From the NCBI GenBank assembly GCA_964540055.1, contig CAZILC010000001.1, positions 40,045-104,044 on the forward strand: a stretch of 64,000 nt of DNA, read 5' to 3'. Source of the DNA: an uncultured Gammaproteobacteria bacterium (GTDB taxonomy: Bacteria > Patescibacteriota > Microgenomatia > Levybacterales > UBA12049). The position numbers were made by a program, and so were the translations under genes. The notes beneath the pieces are model-generated. The model saw only the letters and a program-made list of their open reading frames with translations, made no database searches and had not been told where the DNA came from. Below are positions 17,494 through 26,892 of this stretch, piece by piece (position 1 is the first letter of the stretch; each line of letters begins with the position of its first letter).

Positions 17494-17548
17494 GGTACAA
17501 GTATATCAGAGGCTTTAGACTTAACTAAATAAGGTTATCGGAAATGCC

Positions 17549-18331
17549 TTAATATAAATTTGACATCCGAGCACTACGCAGTGCTTGATCCGGTGCTATG
17601 TTAAAACTTACTACTTCTGTTACTGCAGCTACTGTTTTTATTTCATTTAAATTTTCACCTAATGGTCCTAATTCACCTACAATGACAACTTGAGCTCCGG
17701 CTTCCATTGCATGATGAGCTTGTTCCAATAATGCAAGTGGGCCCTGATTGCCTCGTACCTCAACATAAATCGGCACAGGAGAACTTGGTATGGCTTGCAT
17801 AGCGTTCTCAGTATACCTAAGGCCAACTGCATCTACTCTCATTTCAGCCATTTTACCAATAACATCAGTTATTCTTCCGGTCGAAGATCTCGTATTCATT
17901 TGAAGAAGCGGTACAACTGGCATATCACCATCTAGGACAGATGGCTCACGTATGGCTTTCTGAAGTATGCTTTGTTGCGTATCTGACGCCCCTCCACCGG
18001 GATCATAATGGCCTGGGGGAATTTCAACTGCAAGGGCATGTGCTTTTACACGTCCTGCGCGAATATCTATAAAGCCCTGTTCCTTGTCTAATACAGATCG
18101 GCCTGCCATTCGATCTTGTACCAGAAGAATTCTGCCATGTGTTTCATATGCTGGATTAAAACCTAATGCATCAGCCGAACCCATCATTCCATTGGCTACT
18201 CGATTTGCAGCTGCAGCACGAGCACTTACTGCATCGGCTGCGAGCGAAGGAAGATCTAATCTGACAATGACACCACGACCCTTACCACCATGAATCTTTT
18301 CCATCCGACCTTGTTTAAGTGATTCCGCCAT
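17549..18331 (-). CDS. hypothetical protein (ORFan B), Ala/Gly/Val-rich, soluble
   Basis: 260 aa intact ORF with its own consensus promoter. No family, motif or TM helix recognised. Confidence 0.5.
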   Translation of the reverse strand: MAESLKQGRMEKIHGGKGRGVIVRLDLPSLAADAVSARAAAANRVANGMMGSADALGFNPAYETHGRILLVQDRMAGRSVLDKEQGFIDIRAGRVKAHALAVEIPPGHYDPGGGASDTQQSILQKAIREPSVLDGDMPVVPLLQMNTRSSTGRITDVIGKMAEMRVDAVGLRYTENAMQAIPSSPVPIYVEVRGNQGPLALLEQAHHAMEAGAQVVIVGELGPLGENLNEIKTVAAVTEVVSFNIAPDQALRSARMSNLY

Positions 18332-18339
18332 TTGGGTAA

Positions 18340-18368
18340 ATTCTAAAATTTGTTGCTGGCAAAGTCAA
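18340..18368 (-). promoter_or_regulatory. promoter: TTGACT-17-TAGAAT, with the ATG 8 nt downstream
   Basis: Minus-strand read: TTGACT (18368..18363), TAGAAT (18345..18340), ttacccaa, ATG (18331). Shares the 10-mer TTGACTTTGC with the promoter at 12648. Confidence 0.65.
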
Positions 18369-18383
18369 CAATGAAATTTCTAT

Positions 18384-18956
18384 TTACGCGGCAAAATGTT
18401 GGTTATGTGTATGTATTCTCTCGACAATTTCCTCAATCATTTTTTTGTTAAATGCAGGTATATCATTTGGTTTTCGTGAGGTTATCAGACCGTTATCAAC
18501 GACAACTTCTTCATCAACCCACGTTGCTCCCGCATTCTTCAAATCAGACTTAAGTGATGGCCAGGAAGTCATTGTGCGACCTTTTACTGCGCCTGTTTCG
18601 ATCAGTGTCCATTGTCCATGACAGATTGCTGCTATAGGTTTGCCACTTCGGACAAACTCTTTAACGAATGCCACCGCATCCGGATTCATACGTAATGTAT
18701 CTGGACTCATGACTCCACCGGGTAACATAAGCGCGTCATAATTATCCGCGTTTGCTTTTTCAAGACGCACATCAGCATCAAATCTGTCACCCCACTCGGT
18801 ATGTTGCCAGCCTTTTACCATATCGTTACCGGGTGTAATAAGATGTGTTATTGCTCCTTCTTCTTCAAGAGCTTTTCTAGGGGCTGTCATTTCAATTTGC
18901 TCAAAGCCATCCGCAACGAGAATTGCCACTTTTTTACCGTTTAATTTTCCTTGCAT
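18384..18956 (-). CDS. DJ-1/PfpI-family protein (type 1 glutamine amidotransferase-like)
   Basis: Start moved to ATG 18956 (AGGAGGTG 6 nt upstream). Nucleophile elbow AAICHGQW. Confidence 0.85.
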   Translation of the reverse strand: MQGKLNGKKVAILVADGFEQIEMTAPRKALEEEGAITHLITPGNDMVKGWQHTEWGDRFDADVRLEKANADNYDALMLPGGVMSPDTLRMNPDAVAFVKEFVRSGKPIAAICHGQWTLIETGAVKGRTMTSWPSLKSDLKNAGATWVDEEVVVDNGLITSRKPNDIPAFNKKMIEEIVERIHTHNQHFAA

Positions 18957-19048
18957 AACAATCACCTCCTCTCATAAATGTAGTAAACAAAACTTTACCT
19001 TCCCGGGGTAAGATCACTTTGAAAATTAGGTAAGTATTGCTAAAGAAG

Positions 19049-19702
19049 TTATTTAACTATAAAAACGAATGTTGCTGACGCCTGGTCCGGAGTCTTGGTA
19101 ACGTTATGCATTTGAAGAGTCGGATTATAAATTGCATCATGAACATTTGTTGCTAAACCTGGAATATATAACTGTGTCGTCAAAATAGGACTTGAACTGC
19201 TTGCGCGCACTTTTACGTGAATATGTGGTGTTCGACCGGGATACTCACCCGGTACGACAGTAGTTAAAGTAAACTTTCCATTCATATCAGTATATTGGTG
19301 TCCACGTAAGGTATATCCATTATTATCATAGTGTCCATTGCCATTTGCTTGCCAAAAATCTAACCACACATTCGCTAATGGATTACAATTTGTATCTAAA
19401 ACATAGCCGGTCAAAACAAACTTTTTACCGGGAATAGATTGGTTATAGAGACTTGACTTTTGTGGTGAGCCTTCTTTGTAATACGGTCCTTCTTCTTCAG
19501 CAATTGTAGGTTTTCCATTGCAGGGAATCAGTGTAGGTTTTGGAGCAACTACTGAATCACTCAGAGCATGAAAAATTGGAATTTGTTGTTGTCGAATATG
19601 AAAAAAGACAAAAAATACACTACCAATGATCAGGACTGCAAATAAAATAAAAACTCCCCATTTCATAAGTGACATATTACCATAATAACTAGCTCGGTTC
19701 AC
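19049..19702 (-). CDS. membrane-anchored intradiol ring-cleavage dioxygenase-like protein
   Basis: EGPYY...WQANGNGHYD...GRTPHIHVKV motifs of the intradiol dioxygenase fold. N-terminal TM helix. Start uncertain: GTG 19702, or ATG 19675/19666. Confidence 0.7.
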   Translation of the reverse strand: MNRASYYGNMSLMKWGVFILFAVLIIGSVFFVFFHIRQQQIPIFHALSDSVVAPKPTLIPCNGKPTIAEEEGPYYKEGSPQKSSLYNQSIPGKKFVLTGYVLDTNCNPLANVWLDFWQANGNGHYDNNGYTLRGHQYTDMNGKFTLTTVVPGEYPGRTPHIHVKVRASSSSPILTTQLYIPGLATNVHDAIYNPTLQMHNVTKTPDQASATFVFIVK

Positions 19703-20369
19703 CAGCTATTTCAGCAATAATTTCATACGTATCACTACTTTTCAAATGAAAACTATTATGTCCCCAACTTGGAAGCTGATAGTTTTTTACGCCATCCATT
19801 CTGGCATATTTATACGGGACAAGTTCATCGGACCTTGCAGTGAGCGTTACCATTTTCTCTTTCGGGAAAGGTTTCTTATGAAGTTTTTTAATAAACCTAC
19901 TCCCCGGAACCATTGCTCTTCCTTTGCTGGTAAACGTTATCAGCCACGCGGTTATTGTCCCCTGAACAGGTCCGCCAATACTGATGAAACGATGAATCTC
20001 ATCCCATTTTTTATATTCTGTAAGATAATTCCAACAAACAAGTACACCTGAGCTGATACCCACAATTGTATAATTTTCCAAACCGTGGTCTGCGATAAAT
20101 GACGCAAGTCGTTTTGTCGTCGTATCAAAACTTTCCCGGGCAAAAGGAAGATCGATAAGAAACGTTCTGAATCCAACTTTTTCCAGAAAAGATACCCAAT
20201 ATTTATGATAGGTATTAGCGTTAAACCAGCAGCCAACCAGAATAATCGTTCCCTTTGGCTGTGGATTGCGGTAAATATTGGGATGGAGAAACCATTTAAC
20301 AAAGGGATACGTTATAGCAAGATAATATTCTTTGCTAAAAGTTGCTAACATATTCCAGGTATTTTTCAT
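19689..20369 (-). CDS. alpha/beta hydrolase (lipase/esterase-like)
   Basis: GISSG nucleophile elbow. Start moved from GTG 20396 to ATG 20369, which lies 10 nt after a TATAAT. Confidence 0.65.
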   Translation of the reverse strand: MKNTWNMLATFSKEYYLAITYPFVKWFLHPNIYRNPQPKGTIILVGCWFNANTYHKYWVSFLEKVGFRTFLIDLPFARESFDTTTKRLASFIADHGLENYTIVGISSGVLVCWNYLTEYKKWDEIHRFISIGGPVQGTITAWLITFTSKGRAMVPGSRFIKKLHKKPFPKEKMVTLTARSDELVPYKYARMDGVKNYQLPSWGHNSFHLKSSDTYEIIAEIAGEPS

Positions 20370-20379
20370 GCTACCTGCA

Positions 20380-20385
20380 ATTATA
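20380..20385 (-). promoter_or_regulatory. -10 box TATAAT, 10 nt upstream of ATG 20369
   Basis: Minus-strand read: cagTATAATtgcaggtagcATG. Confidence 0.4.
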
Positions 20386-20476
20386 CTGTTGAGCACATAA
20401 AAACCCGTTAAAAATGAGTAAGGAAATTGTTAATGGTTATGCAGCAATTATTTCTTTTGTAAACTTTCAGGAGAAT

Positions 20477-20836
20477 TTAATGATAGAGGTTTTCACTAAA
20501 TTGAGAATAGCGTTTGATAATATAAAAACCTGTTAAGCTTGAGAGGGTATCAAATATAGGCTGTATTTCAGAATAAATCTCTCCTGCATCCGATCCATAC
20601 AAATAAAACGAAATACTATCTCCTTCATCATTTTCAGCAAATTCATTTCCACCGTATGTCCCAACTTTAGATGTTTCTATTACATCTCTCAGAATCGCAT
20701 CCAATTCAAAAACAGCATTGAGTGCTTTCTTTTCTTGTAGTTTGCCGATCGGAAATTGCAAGCAAATGATAACTGCTTGCTTCCTGCCATCGTTTCCTTC
20801 GGGCGAATTATCAAATAATTCCTCCGTCAGATCCAT
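20477..20836 (-). CDS. hypothetical protein
   Basis: The ORF track starts at TTG 20875. ATG 20836 (MDLTEELF) is preferred. No family recognised. Confidence 0.4.
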   Translation of the reverse strand: MDLTEELFDNSPEGNDGRKQAVIICLQFPIGKLQEKKALNAVFELDAILRDVIETSKVGTYGGNEFAENDEGDSISFYLYGSDAGEIYSEIQPIFDTLSSLTGFYIIKRYSQFSENLYH

Positions 20837-20893
20837 ACTCTTCTTTATTGTGAAAAAGTTTCGTGAAAAATGCAAGAGGAAAAATGAGGCTGA

Positions 20894-21580
20894 CTACCAT
20901 ACTATCTTATGATTAAAGTCGTGATCAATTGTTGATGGAAGTGTTACATCACTATTTATTCTTCGTAGTTGTGCCAGAACCTCTTCATCGCTAACTTGTT
21001 TAAAATCAGCATAATACTTCCCTATTGCCTCAAACTTTTCGGGATGTTCAAGACACGTAATTGAATCAACCATGGATCGTATATGCATCGCTGTTTCTTG
21101 AGCACAAACCGGGACAGCAAAAATTATTTTTTTCGGGTGATGTTTTTTAAGTGAAAGAATCGCGGCTCGAGCCGTGACACCCGTTGCCAAACCATCGTCA
21201 ACAAGAATTACTGTCCTATTGGTCAAAAGTCCGATGGGCTTTCCATTTCGGTATAATTGACGTCTCCTATCCAGCTCAGCCATTTCACGTTCCTGTATCA
21301 AATGAAGCGTGCTGTTTGATATCTGAAAGTATTCAAGCATTTCCTGGTCCAGATATACCACCCCATCTTCAGCAATTGCACCTATACCAAGTTCCAAATT
21401 CTGTGGTGCTCCCAATTTTCTGACAATTTCTACTTCAAGTGGCGCATGCAGTTCTTTTGCGATAGGAAATCCAACTGCAACTCCTCCTCGTGGGAGTGCT
21501 ACAATAAGAGGACTATCATTCTCATATTTTTTTAGCCTTTGTGCTAATTGTTTACCTGCTTCTACTCTATCTTCGAACAT
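20894..21580 (-). CDS. phosphoribosyltransferase-family protein
   Basis: MFEDRVEAGKQLAQRL N-terminus and the PRPP-binding loop VILVDDGLATGVT. Confidence 0.8.
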   Translation of the reverse strand: MFEDRVEAGKQLAQRLKKYENDSPLIVALPRGGVAVGFPIAKELHAPLEVEIVRKLGAPQNLELGIGAIAEDGVVYLDQEMLEYFQISNSTLHLIQEREMAELDRRRQLYRNGKPIGLLTNRTVILVDDGLATGVTARAAILSLKKHHPKKIIFAVPVCAQETAMHIRSMVDSITCLEHPEKFEAIGKYYADFKQVSDEEVLAQLRRINSDVTLPSTIDHDFNHKIVW

Positions 21581-21755
21581 ATAATCCTTTCTTGTAAAAC
21601 TACTTTGATACTACAGAAGTAATATGAACAACTTGTAAGAATCCCAGAAGAATTAGTATAAAAGAGCCCATCATAAACCTTTTATTAACTTTTCTATGGT
21701 ATACTAAGCCTTAAATCGCTCCCGTGTCTTTCACCTAGGGTTACACTCTAAGACA

Positions 21756-22853
21756 TTGTCACAAACCTCATCTTTTGTTATCATGAATTTTTATACTATG
21801 AATATACCAAGCAAACATCTAGTAAAGTCTCCCCATCGAGTCCATTGGATAGACATTGCCCGAGGAATCGGGATAATTCTTGTGCTTTACGGGCATCTTT
21901 TTGTTTCTGATAAAAATAATTATCTGATCTTCGCTTTTCATATGCCACTTTTTTTCTTTATTTCCGGTCTGGTTTTCCATCCTACATCAAAGTCACTTTG
22001 GGAAATAACGAAAAAATATTTCAAGCAATTGTTAATTCCTTATTATATTTTCGCTATACTGACGTACGCATTTACTCTCATTTCTCAAACAGCAGGAGAT
22101 GTCAGTCTCGGAGGAATTAGCTATCAATTATTTGGAATGCTCTACGGAAGCGGCAGTGATGGCATGCTTGGATATAATGTCGTCTTGTGGTTTCTTCCTT
22201 GTCTTTTTATCACAAAGCTCACTTTTGCCACTATTACGAAAAAAGTATCCAGGACAAAATCGCTTCTGTTTATATTACTCGCCAGTGGAATCACTGGTTA
22301 TTTACTTTCGTTATATGTCCCCTGGCTTAAACTGCCTTTTAACTTTGAAATCGCACTAACTGGAATAACTTTTTTTGGAGCGGGCTTTTTATTACAGCAA
22401 AATCAGCATATTTTCAAAATATTTGCCAAACAAAAACCACTTCTTGCAACAACAGCTCTGCTATTTACCATTGTAATCGCGACTTTACATTATCATGCCA
22501 CAGGTTCAAAAGTTGATCTGAGAAGCAACCAGTTAAACAATTTCTTCTTGTTTTATATGGGCGCATTTGGCGGAATTATCAGCTGGATTACTATTAGTCG
22601 CATAATTGCAAAAAATACCATTCTTGAATATATTGGCAGACATTCAATCATCATTTTTGCTTGGCATAATGTGATAGCAACGGATCTGCAAAATACTGTC
22701 AATTCGCTACTGGCCCAGGATTTACTTAATAATATTAAATATCTCTTACCGACAATTTATGTTTTTATCTTAACGAGTATTATACTTTTCAGTAGAATGG
22801 TGTTCTTAAAAATAAAAAGAGTTTACGATTTTACCAACTATTTTAAAATATAA
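21756..22853 (+). CDS. acyltransferase family 3 membrane protein
   Basis: RVHWIDIARGIGIILVLYGH motif, about 10 TM helices. Start uncertain: TTG 21756, ATG 21783 or ATG 21798. Confidence 0.7.
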   Translation: MSQTSSFVIMNFYTMNIPSKHLVKSPHRVHWIDIARGIGIILVLYGHLFVSDKNNYLIFAFHMPLFFFISGLVFHPTSKSLWEITKKYFKQLLIPYYIFAILTYAFTLISQTAGDVSLGGISYQLFGMLYGSGSDGMLGYNVVLWFLPCLFITKLTFATITKKVSRTKSLLFILLASGITGYLLSLYVPWLKLPFNFEIALTGITFFGAGFLLQQNQHIFKIFAKQKPLLATTALLFTIVIATLHYHATGSKVDLRSNQLNNFFLFYMGAFGGIISWITISRIIAKNTILEYIGRHSIIIFAWHNVIATDLQNTVNSLLAQDLLNNIKYLLPTIYVFILTSIILFSRMVFLKIKRVYDFTNYFKI

Positions 22854-22857
22854 AACA

Positions 22858-22886
22858 ATAAACTCCCCCGAAGGAGAGTTTATTTA
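22858..22886. terminator. bidirectional terminator candidate
   Basis: Hairpin AAACTCCCC-gaa-GGAGAGTTT flanked by T/A runs, between the convergent genes ending at 22853 and 22918. Confidence 0.55.
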
Positions 22887-22917
22887 TCAATTCTAAACCT
22901 AAATACTATTCCTCATC

Positions 22918-23394
22918 TTACTGTCCACCAGTCGGTGCGTTTTGAGCGCCTCCGCGTCTGAAGAACATATTGCCGTTACCAATCAGGACTGTCTGAGCAG
23001 TCACACTGCCATCAGAACCCGCTGATCCAATAGCGGTTACATCTTCACCCGATTTCAAATCACTTGTTGTACCGGTTGTTGTTTTACTAATAGTTGTAGA
23101 TCCAGTAAGATTGACAATCTTACTACTTCCATCGTTCATTTTAACTGTTATGGAACCGTTTGATTGGCTGACTATTTGGCCACGAACGGGCATCATGCCA
23201 CCCGCTCCTTGTCCGCCACCGAAACCTCCCGGTCCGCTTCCACCTTGTCCAAATCGACGAGCAAACTGTCCGTTTGCTCCACCGGCAAAACTCGCACGGG
23301 TTTGACTCTTCTGATATTGCATACCACCATAAAATGCAGCTGCCGCAAAGACAACTACTAAAATAAGTACATACATTGGTTTAATAGGTTTCAT
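22918..23394 (-). CDS. Gly-rich membrane-anchored protein (DUF5666-like beta domain)
   Basis: 158 aa. TM anchor, Gly-rich stretch, then GQIVSQSNGSITVKMNDGSSKIVNLTGSTTISK...DLKSGEDVTAIG. AAGGGGGTGAG SD upstream. Last gene of the pump operon. Confidence 0.5.
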   Translation of the reverse strand: MKPIKPMYVLILVVVFAAAAFYGGMQYQKSQTRASFAGGANGQFARRFGQGGSGPGGFGGGQGAGGMMPVRGQIVSQSNGSITVKMNDGSSKIVNLTGSTTISKTTTGTTSDLKSGEDVTAIGSAGSDGSVTAQTVLIGNGNMFFRRGGAQNAPTGGQ

Positions 23395-23418
23395 ATACTC
23401 ACCCCCTTTCGAAAATTG

Positions 23419-24639
23419 TTATTCATATCTCAAAGCTTCAATTGGTTCAAGACCAGCTGCTTTTTGAGCTGGATACCAACCGAAAAGCACACCGATTCCG
23501 GCACTGACGACAAACGCAAGTAAAATTGAACCTGGTGAAAGGACAAATAACGAATGAGCAAAGAGTGAAATAATGTACGATAAAATAATCCCCAACATTA
23601 CGCCAATTATGCCGCCGGCAAATGTCAGAATAATTGATTCCGTGAGAAACTGAGTAATGATCGTTTTTTTCTTAGCACCAAGTGCTTTACGTAATCCGAT
23701 TTCACGAGTTCTTTCGGTAACAGTAACCAGCATAATATTCATAATCCCAATTCCCCCAACCAGAAGTGAAATCGCAGCAACTCCTGAAAGTAATGTGGTA
23801 AAGGTACCGGTAGTGGCAGATGCCGCATTTAGGATATCCTGTTGAGAAAAGATTGAAAAATCTGCTTGCGTTGGATCTGAAATTTTATGCCGGCTCATAA
23901 GTAAATAACCGACTTGGTTCTCAGCATCGGTCATAACATCCTGGTTTTTTGCCTCCAATGCAATGCTACTCAAATAAGGTTGACCAAATACTTGAAGCTG
24001 AGCTGTGCTTAAAGGAATATAGAGAATATTATCCTGATTACCAAAGCCCGTTCCGCCTTTTGAAACAGTCATACCCACAATACGAAAAGACATTCCTTTG
24101 ATACGAATTGTTTGTCCGACCGGATCAGTACTGTTGGGGAAGAGATTTTGTGCAGCTGTTGGACCGATAACAGCAACTTTTGCTGAACTTGCATTATCCT
24201 GATCTGTCAAAAAATTTCCTGTATCCATAGTAATTTTATGTACCTCAGCATATGCCCCTGTCGCACCGATTACCTGGATATTGGCGTTGCTTGCACCAGC
24301 CGTAACTTGTGCCCTGCTTTGTATTTCAGGAGAAACATTGGTAATATCAGTAACCGATGCAGATGTCTGAATTGCTTTCGCATCATCTGCAGTCAAGGTC
24401 GTTCCTCCTCCGGCAGCTCCACGAACCGCACCTGCATTTTGTGATCCGGGGATGACAGTCAATAAGTTGGCACCCAAAGATTGAATTTGATTTTGAACAG
24501 ACTGCTGTGTTGCCTGTCCTAATGAAACAAGAGCGATTACACTGCCAATGCCGATAACAATCCCCAAAATTGCCAAACCGGTACGCATTTTGTTAACGGT
24601 CAAGGTTGTCAGACTCTCGATAATTGTTTCTTTTTCCAT
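23419..24639 (-). CDS. ABC transporter permease, MacB-like (MacB_PCD + FtsX)
   Basis: 406 aa. TM1, periplasmic core domain, and a C-terminal FtsX bundle ending ...PAQKAAGLEPIEALRYE. Confidence 0.85.
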   Translation of the reverse strand: MEKETIIESLTTLTVNKMRTGLAILGIVIGIGSVIALVSLGQATQQSVQNQIQSLGANLLTVIPGSQNAGAVRGAAGGGTTLTADDAKAIQTSASVTDITNVSPEIQSRAQVTAGASNANIQVIGATGAYAEVHKITMDTGNFLTDQDNASSAKVAVIGPTAAQNLFPNSTDPVGQTIRIKGMSFRIVGMTVSKGGTGFGNQDNILYIPLSTAQLQVFGQPYLSSIALEAKNQDVMTDAENQVGYLLMSRHKISDPTQADFSIFSQQDILNAASATTGTFTTLLSGVAAISLLVGGIGIMNIMLVTVTERTREIGLRKALGAKKKTIITQFLTESIILTFAGGIIGVMLGIILSYIISLFAHSLFVLSPGSILLAFVVSAGIGVLFGWYPAQKAAGLEPIEALRYE

Positions 24640-24641
24640 AG

Positions 24642-25379
24642 TTATGTAGATGCAAACGAACTCATACCTCCTGCGGCTGATTTTGCTTTTGTGGGATGTG
24701 GATTGGCTTTATCACTTAACAATTTCCCATCTTTCACCATAATAATTCGCTTTGCATGAGCAGCAATATCCGGTTCATGCGTAATCATAACGACCGTGTG
24801 TCCTTTTTCATTGATATTCTGAAAAATTGCCATAATTTCTTCGGCTTGGGCACTGGCAATATTGCCTGTTGGTTCATCGGCCAAAAGAATAGCCGGATCC
24901 ATTGTCAGAGCACGGGCAATTGCAACGCGTTGCTGCTGTCCGCCTGAAATTTGATTGGAAGTATGATCTAACCGCTCACCAAGTCCAACCATTTTTAAAT
25001 ATTTTGTTGCACGAGCCTGTCGTTCTACTTCAGGAAGACCTGCGTAGCGCATTGGAAGCATGACATTTTGCAGAACTGTTGTCCGGGGAAGTAAATTAAA
25101 TGCCTGGAAAATAAATCCTATTTTTCGGTTTCGAATATCAGCAAGTTCATCATCAGTCAAATTTTCAACATTTTCACCATCAAGAATATACGTGCCACTC
25201 GTTGAGGTATCCAGACATCCTAAAAGATGCATAAGCGTTGATTTTCCGCTTCCTGAAGGCCCCATAATGGCAACGAATTCGCCCTTTTTTATGGAAAAAG
25301 AAACGTCATCAAGAGCAATAGTCTCACCTGCTGCCGTGGTATAAATTTTCGAAAGATGTGATACGTCGATAATATTCAT
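24642..25379 (-). CDS. ABC transporter ATP-binding protein (MacB type)
   Basis: Walker [10 protein letters not shown], signature ISGGQQQR, Walker B LLADEPT. Confidence 0.9.
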   Translation of the reverse strand: MNIIDVSHLSKIYTTAAGETIALDDVSFSIKKGEFVAIMGPSGSGKSTLMHLLGCLDTSTSGTYILDGENVENLTDDELADIRNRKIGFIFQAFNLLPRTTVLQNVMLPMRYAGLPEVERQARATKYLKMVGLGERLDHTSNQISGGQQQRVAIARALTMDPAILLADEPTGNIASAQAEEIMAIFQNINEKGHTVVMITHEPDIAAHAKRIIMVKDGKLLSDKANPHPTKAKSAAGGMSSFAST

Positions 25380-25403
25380 TGTTCATGTTTAAATCTCAAA
25401 AAA

Positions 25404-26807
25404 TCATCCTCCTCTTCTGAACAACACAGCACCGCCGCCGCCACCGCCTCCGCGGGCTCCTCCACCGAATCCTCCGCTAAAAGGTGATGTTGTTGCTGAA
25501 GATCCAGTTGCTGTTGCATTCGTTCCAGTAATGACGACGTCTCCTTCACTAATGCCAGACTCAACTTCAGTATTGGTATCATCAGAAATTCCAGTTGTTA
25601 CTTGGACAGTGGAAACTTTACCGTTTTTCAAAACTCGGACATATGAGGCACCATTCGATGACTGAATTGCGGCTGTTGGTACGGTAATCACATCGTCATG
25701 TCGGGCAGTCTGAATTGCAATTGAAGCCGTCATGCCAGGTTTGATAGTCGATGGTGGTGACACTAAATCGATATAGACGTTATATGTCACCACATTTGAA
25801 CTGGTCGTTCCGACGCTATCCACATTGACGACTTGCCCGACAAAGGTTTGATCCGGAAATGCATCAAGCGTGACGGTCGCGTTTTGCCCGACTTTTACCT
25901 TTGGAATATCAACTTCATTAACTTGTGCAACAACAGACAACTGAGAAAAATCTCCAATGACCATAATTGTTGAACCATTGGATGTTGATGATCCCGAAGA
26001 TGAAGAGGAGCCGGATCCAGAAGTTGAAGTCGAACCGGTACTGCTGCTTCCAGATGAATTGGATGAATTCGATGAATTGCTACTTCCGGTACCCGATGCT
26101 GTAACACTATTTCCCTGGCTTACGGATAAATTAGCAACTGTCCCCTCAATTGGTGCTGTAACGACTGAATCCTGTGTCGCTTGATACGATAACGATGCAG
26201 CCGTCAACGCTGCTTGCGCTTGTGAGATCACACCTGCCTGATTGTTATAATCCGCCTGCGCTTGCAGCCAATCAGCATTTTCTTCAATATAAACGGGATC
26301 GGTTTTCTGCAAATCTGATGGATTTGGAACTCCCTTATCATTGATAAATGTCTGATTTGCTTTAAATAACGCTGACTGCAAAGAATTCATTTTTGCCTGG
26401 GCGGTATTTAGATTATTTTGAGCACTCAAATAACTTGCGTATGCCGTTGCCTTGTCCTGCTGATTTGCAGTTGCTTTTACTTTAAACAAATTTTCTCCCT
26501 GAGTTACATGGTCTCCATTTTTGACATATACGGCCTCAATAATACCAGTTGAAGGAGAAGTTACACTTGTTTGAGAATCCGCACTGACATTTCCACTCTC
26601 TGAGATTGTTGAAATGATAGTTTGTCGCTGTGCTGTTGCTGTTTGGTATTGTGAACCGGAGCTTTTCTGTCCGAACACTTTTGTTCCGGCAAACCAGAGA
26701 AGTAATAAAACGACGACGAGAATTAGTGCCTTTTTAATTACAGACAAACTGCGAATGCGGGCAAGCAATGATTGTGGCTTATTTTTAGCCAAACTTGCTG
26801 AACTCAT
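25404..26807 (-). CDS. HlyD-family adaptor with Ser-rich insert and Gly-rich C-terminus
   Basis: 467 aa. TM anchor, lipoyl/coiled-coil/beta-barrel layout, internal SSNSSNSSGSSS... tract, C-terminus GGFGGGARGGGGGGGAVLFRRGG. Confidence 0.8.
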   Translation of the reverse strand: MSSASLAKNKPQSLLARIRSLSVIKKALILVVVLLLLWFAGTKVFGQKSSGSQYQTATAQRQTIISTISESGNVSADSQTSVTSPSTGIIEAVYVKNGDHVTQGENLFKVKATANQQDKATAYASYLSAQNNLNTAQAKMNSLQSALFKANQTFINDKGVPNPSDLQKTDPVYIEENADWLQAQADYNNQAGVISQAQAALTAASLSYQATQDSVVTAPIEGTVANLSVSQGNSVTASGTGSSNSSNSSNSSGSSSTGSTSTSGSGSSSSSGSSTSNGSTIMVIGDFSQLSVVAQVNEVDIPKVKVGQNATVTLDAFPDQTFVGQVVNVDSVGTTSSNVVTYNVYIDLVSPPSTIKPGMTASIAIQTARHDDVITVPTAAIQSSNGASYVRVLKNGKVSTVQVTTGISDDTNTEVESGISEGDVVITGTNATATGSSATTSPFSGGFGGGARGGGGGGGAVLFRRGG

Positions 26808-26816
26808 GATACTAAA

Positions 26817-26822
26817 ATTATA
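26817..26822 (-). promoter_or_regulatory. -10 box TATAAT, 9 nt upstream of ATG 26807
   Basis: Minus-strand read: cgcgaaatTATAATtttagtatcATG. Confidence 0.45.
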
Positions 26823-26892
26823 ATTTCGCGATACTTAATTAATGCTTTATGAACCATAATTGAATTATAAACTAAAACTCAAGTGCCAGCTA

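Noticed and set aside
17549-18331. Calling the ORFans horizontally acquired on the basis of GC content
   Set aside because: Hand counts of 100-nt samples gave 33-49% GC, which overlaps the range of neighbouring conserved genes. The apparent amino-acid bias is qualitative, so a proper k-mer or codon analysis is needed before any such claim.
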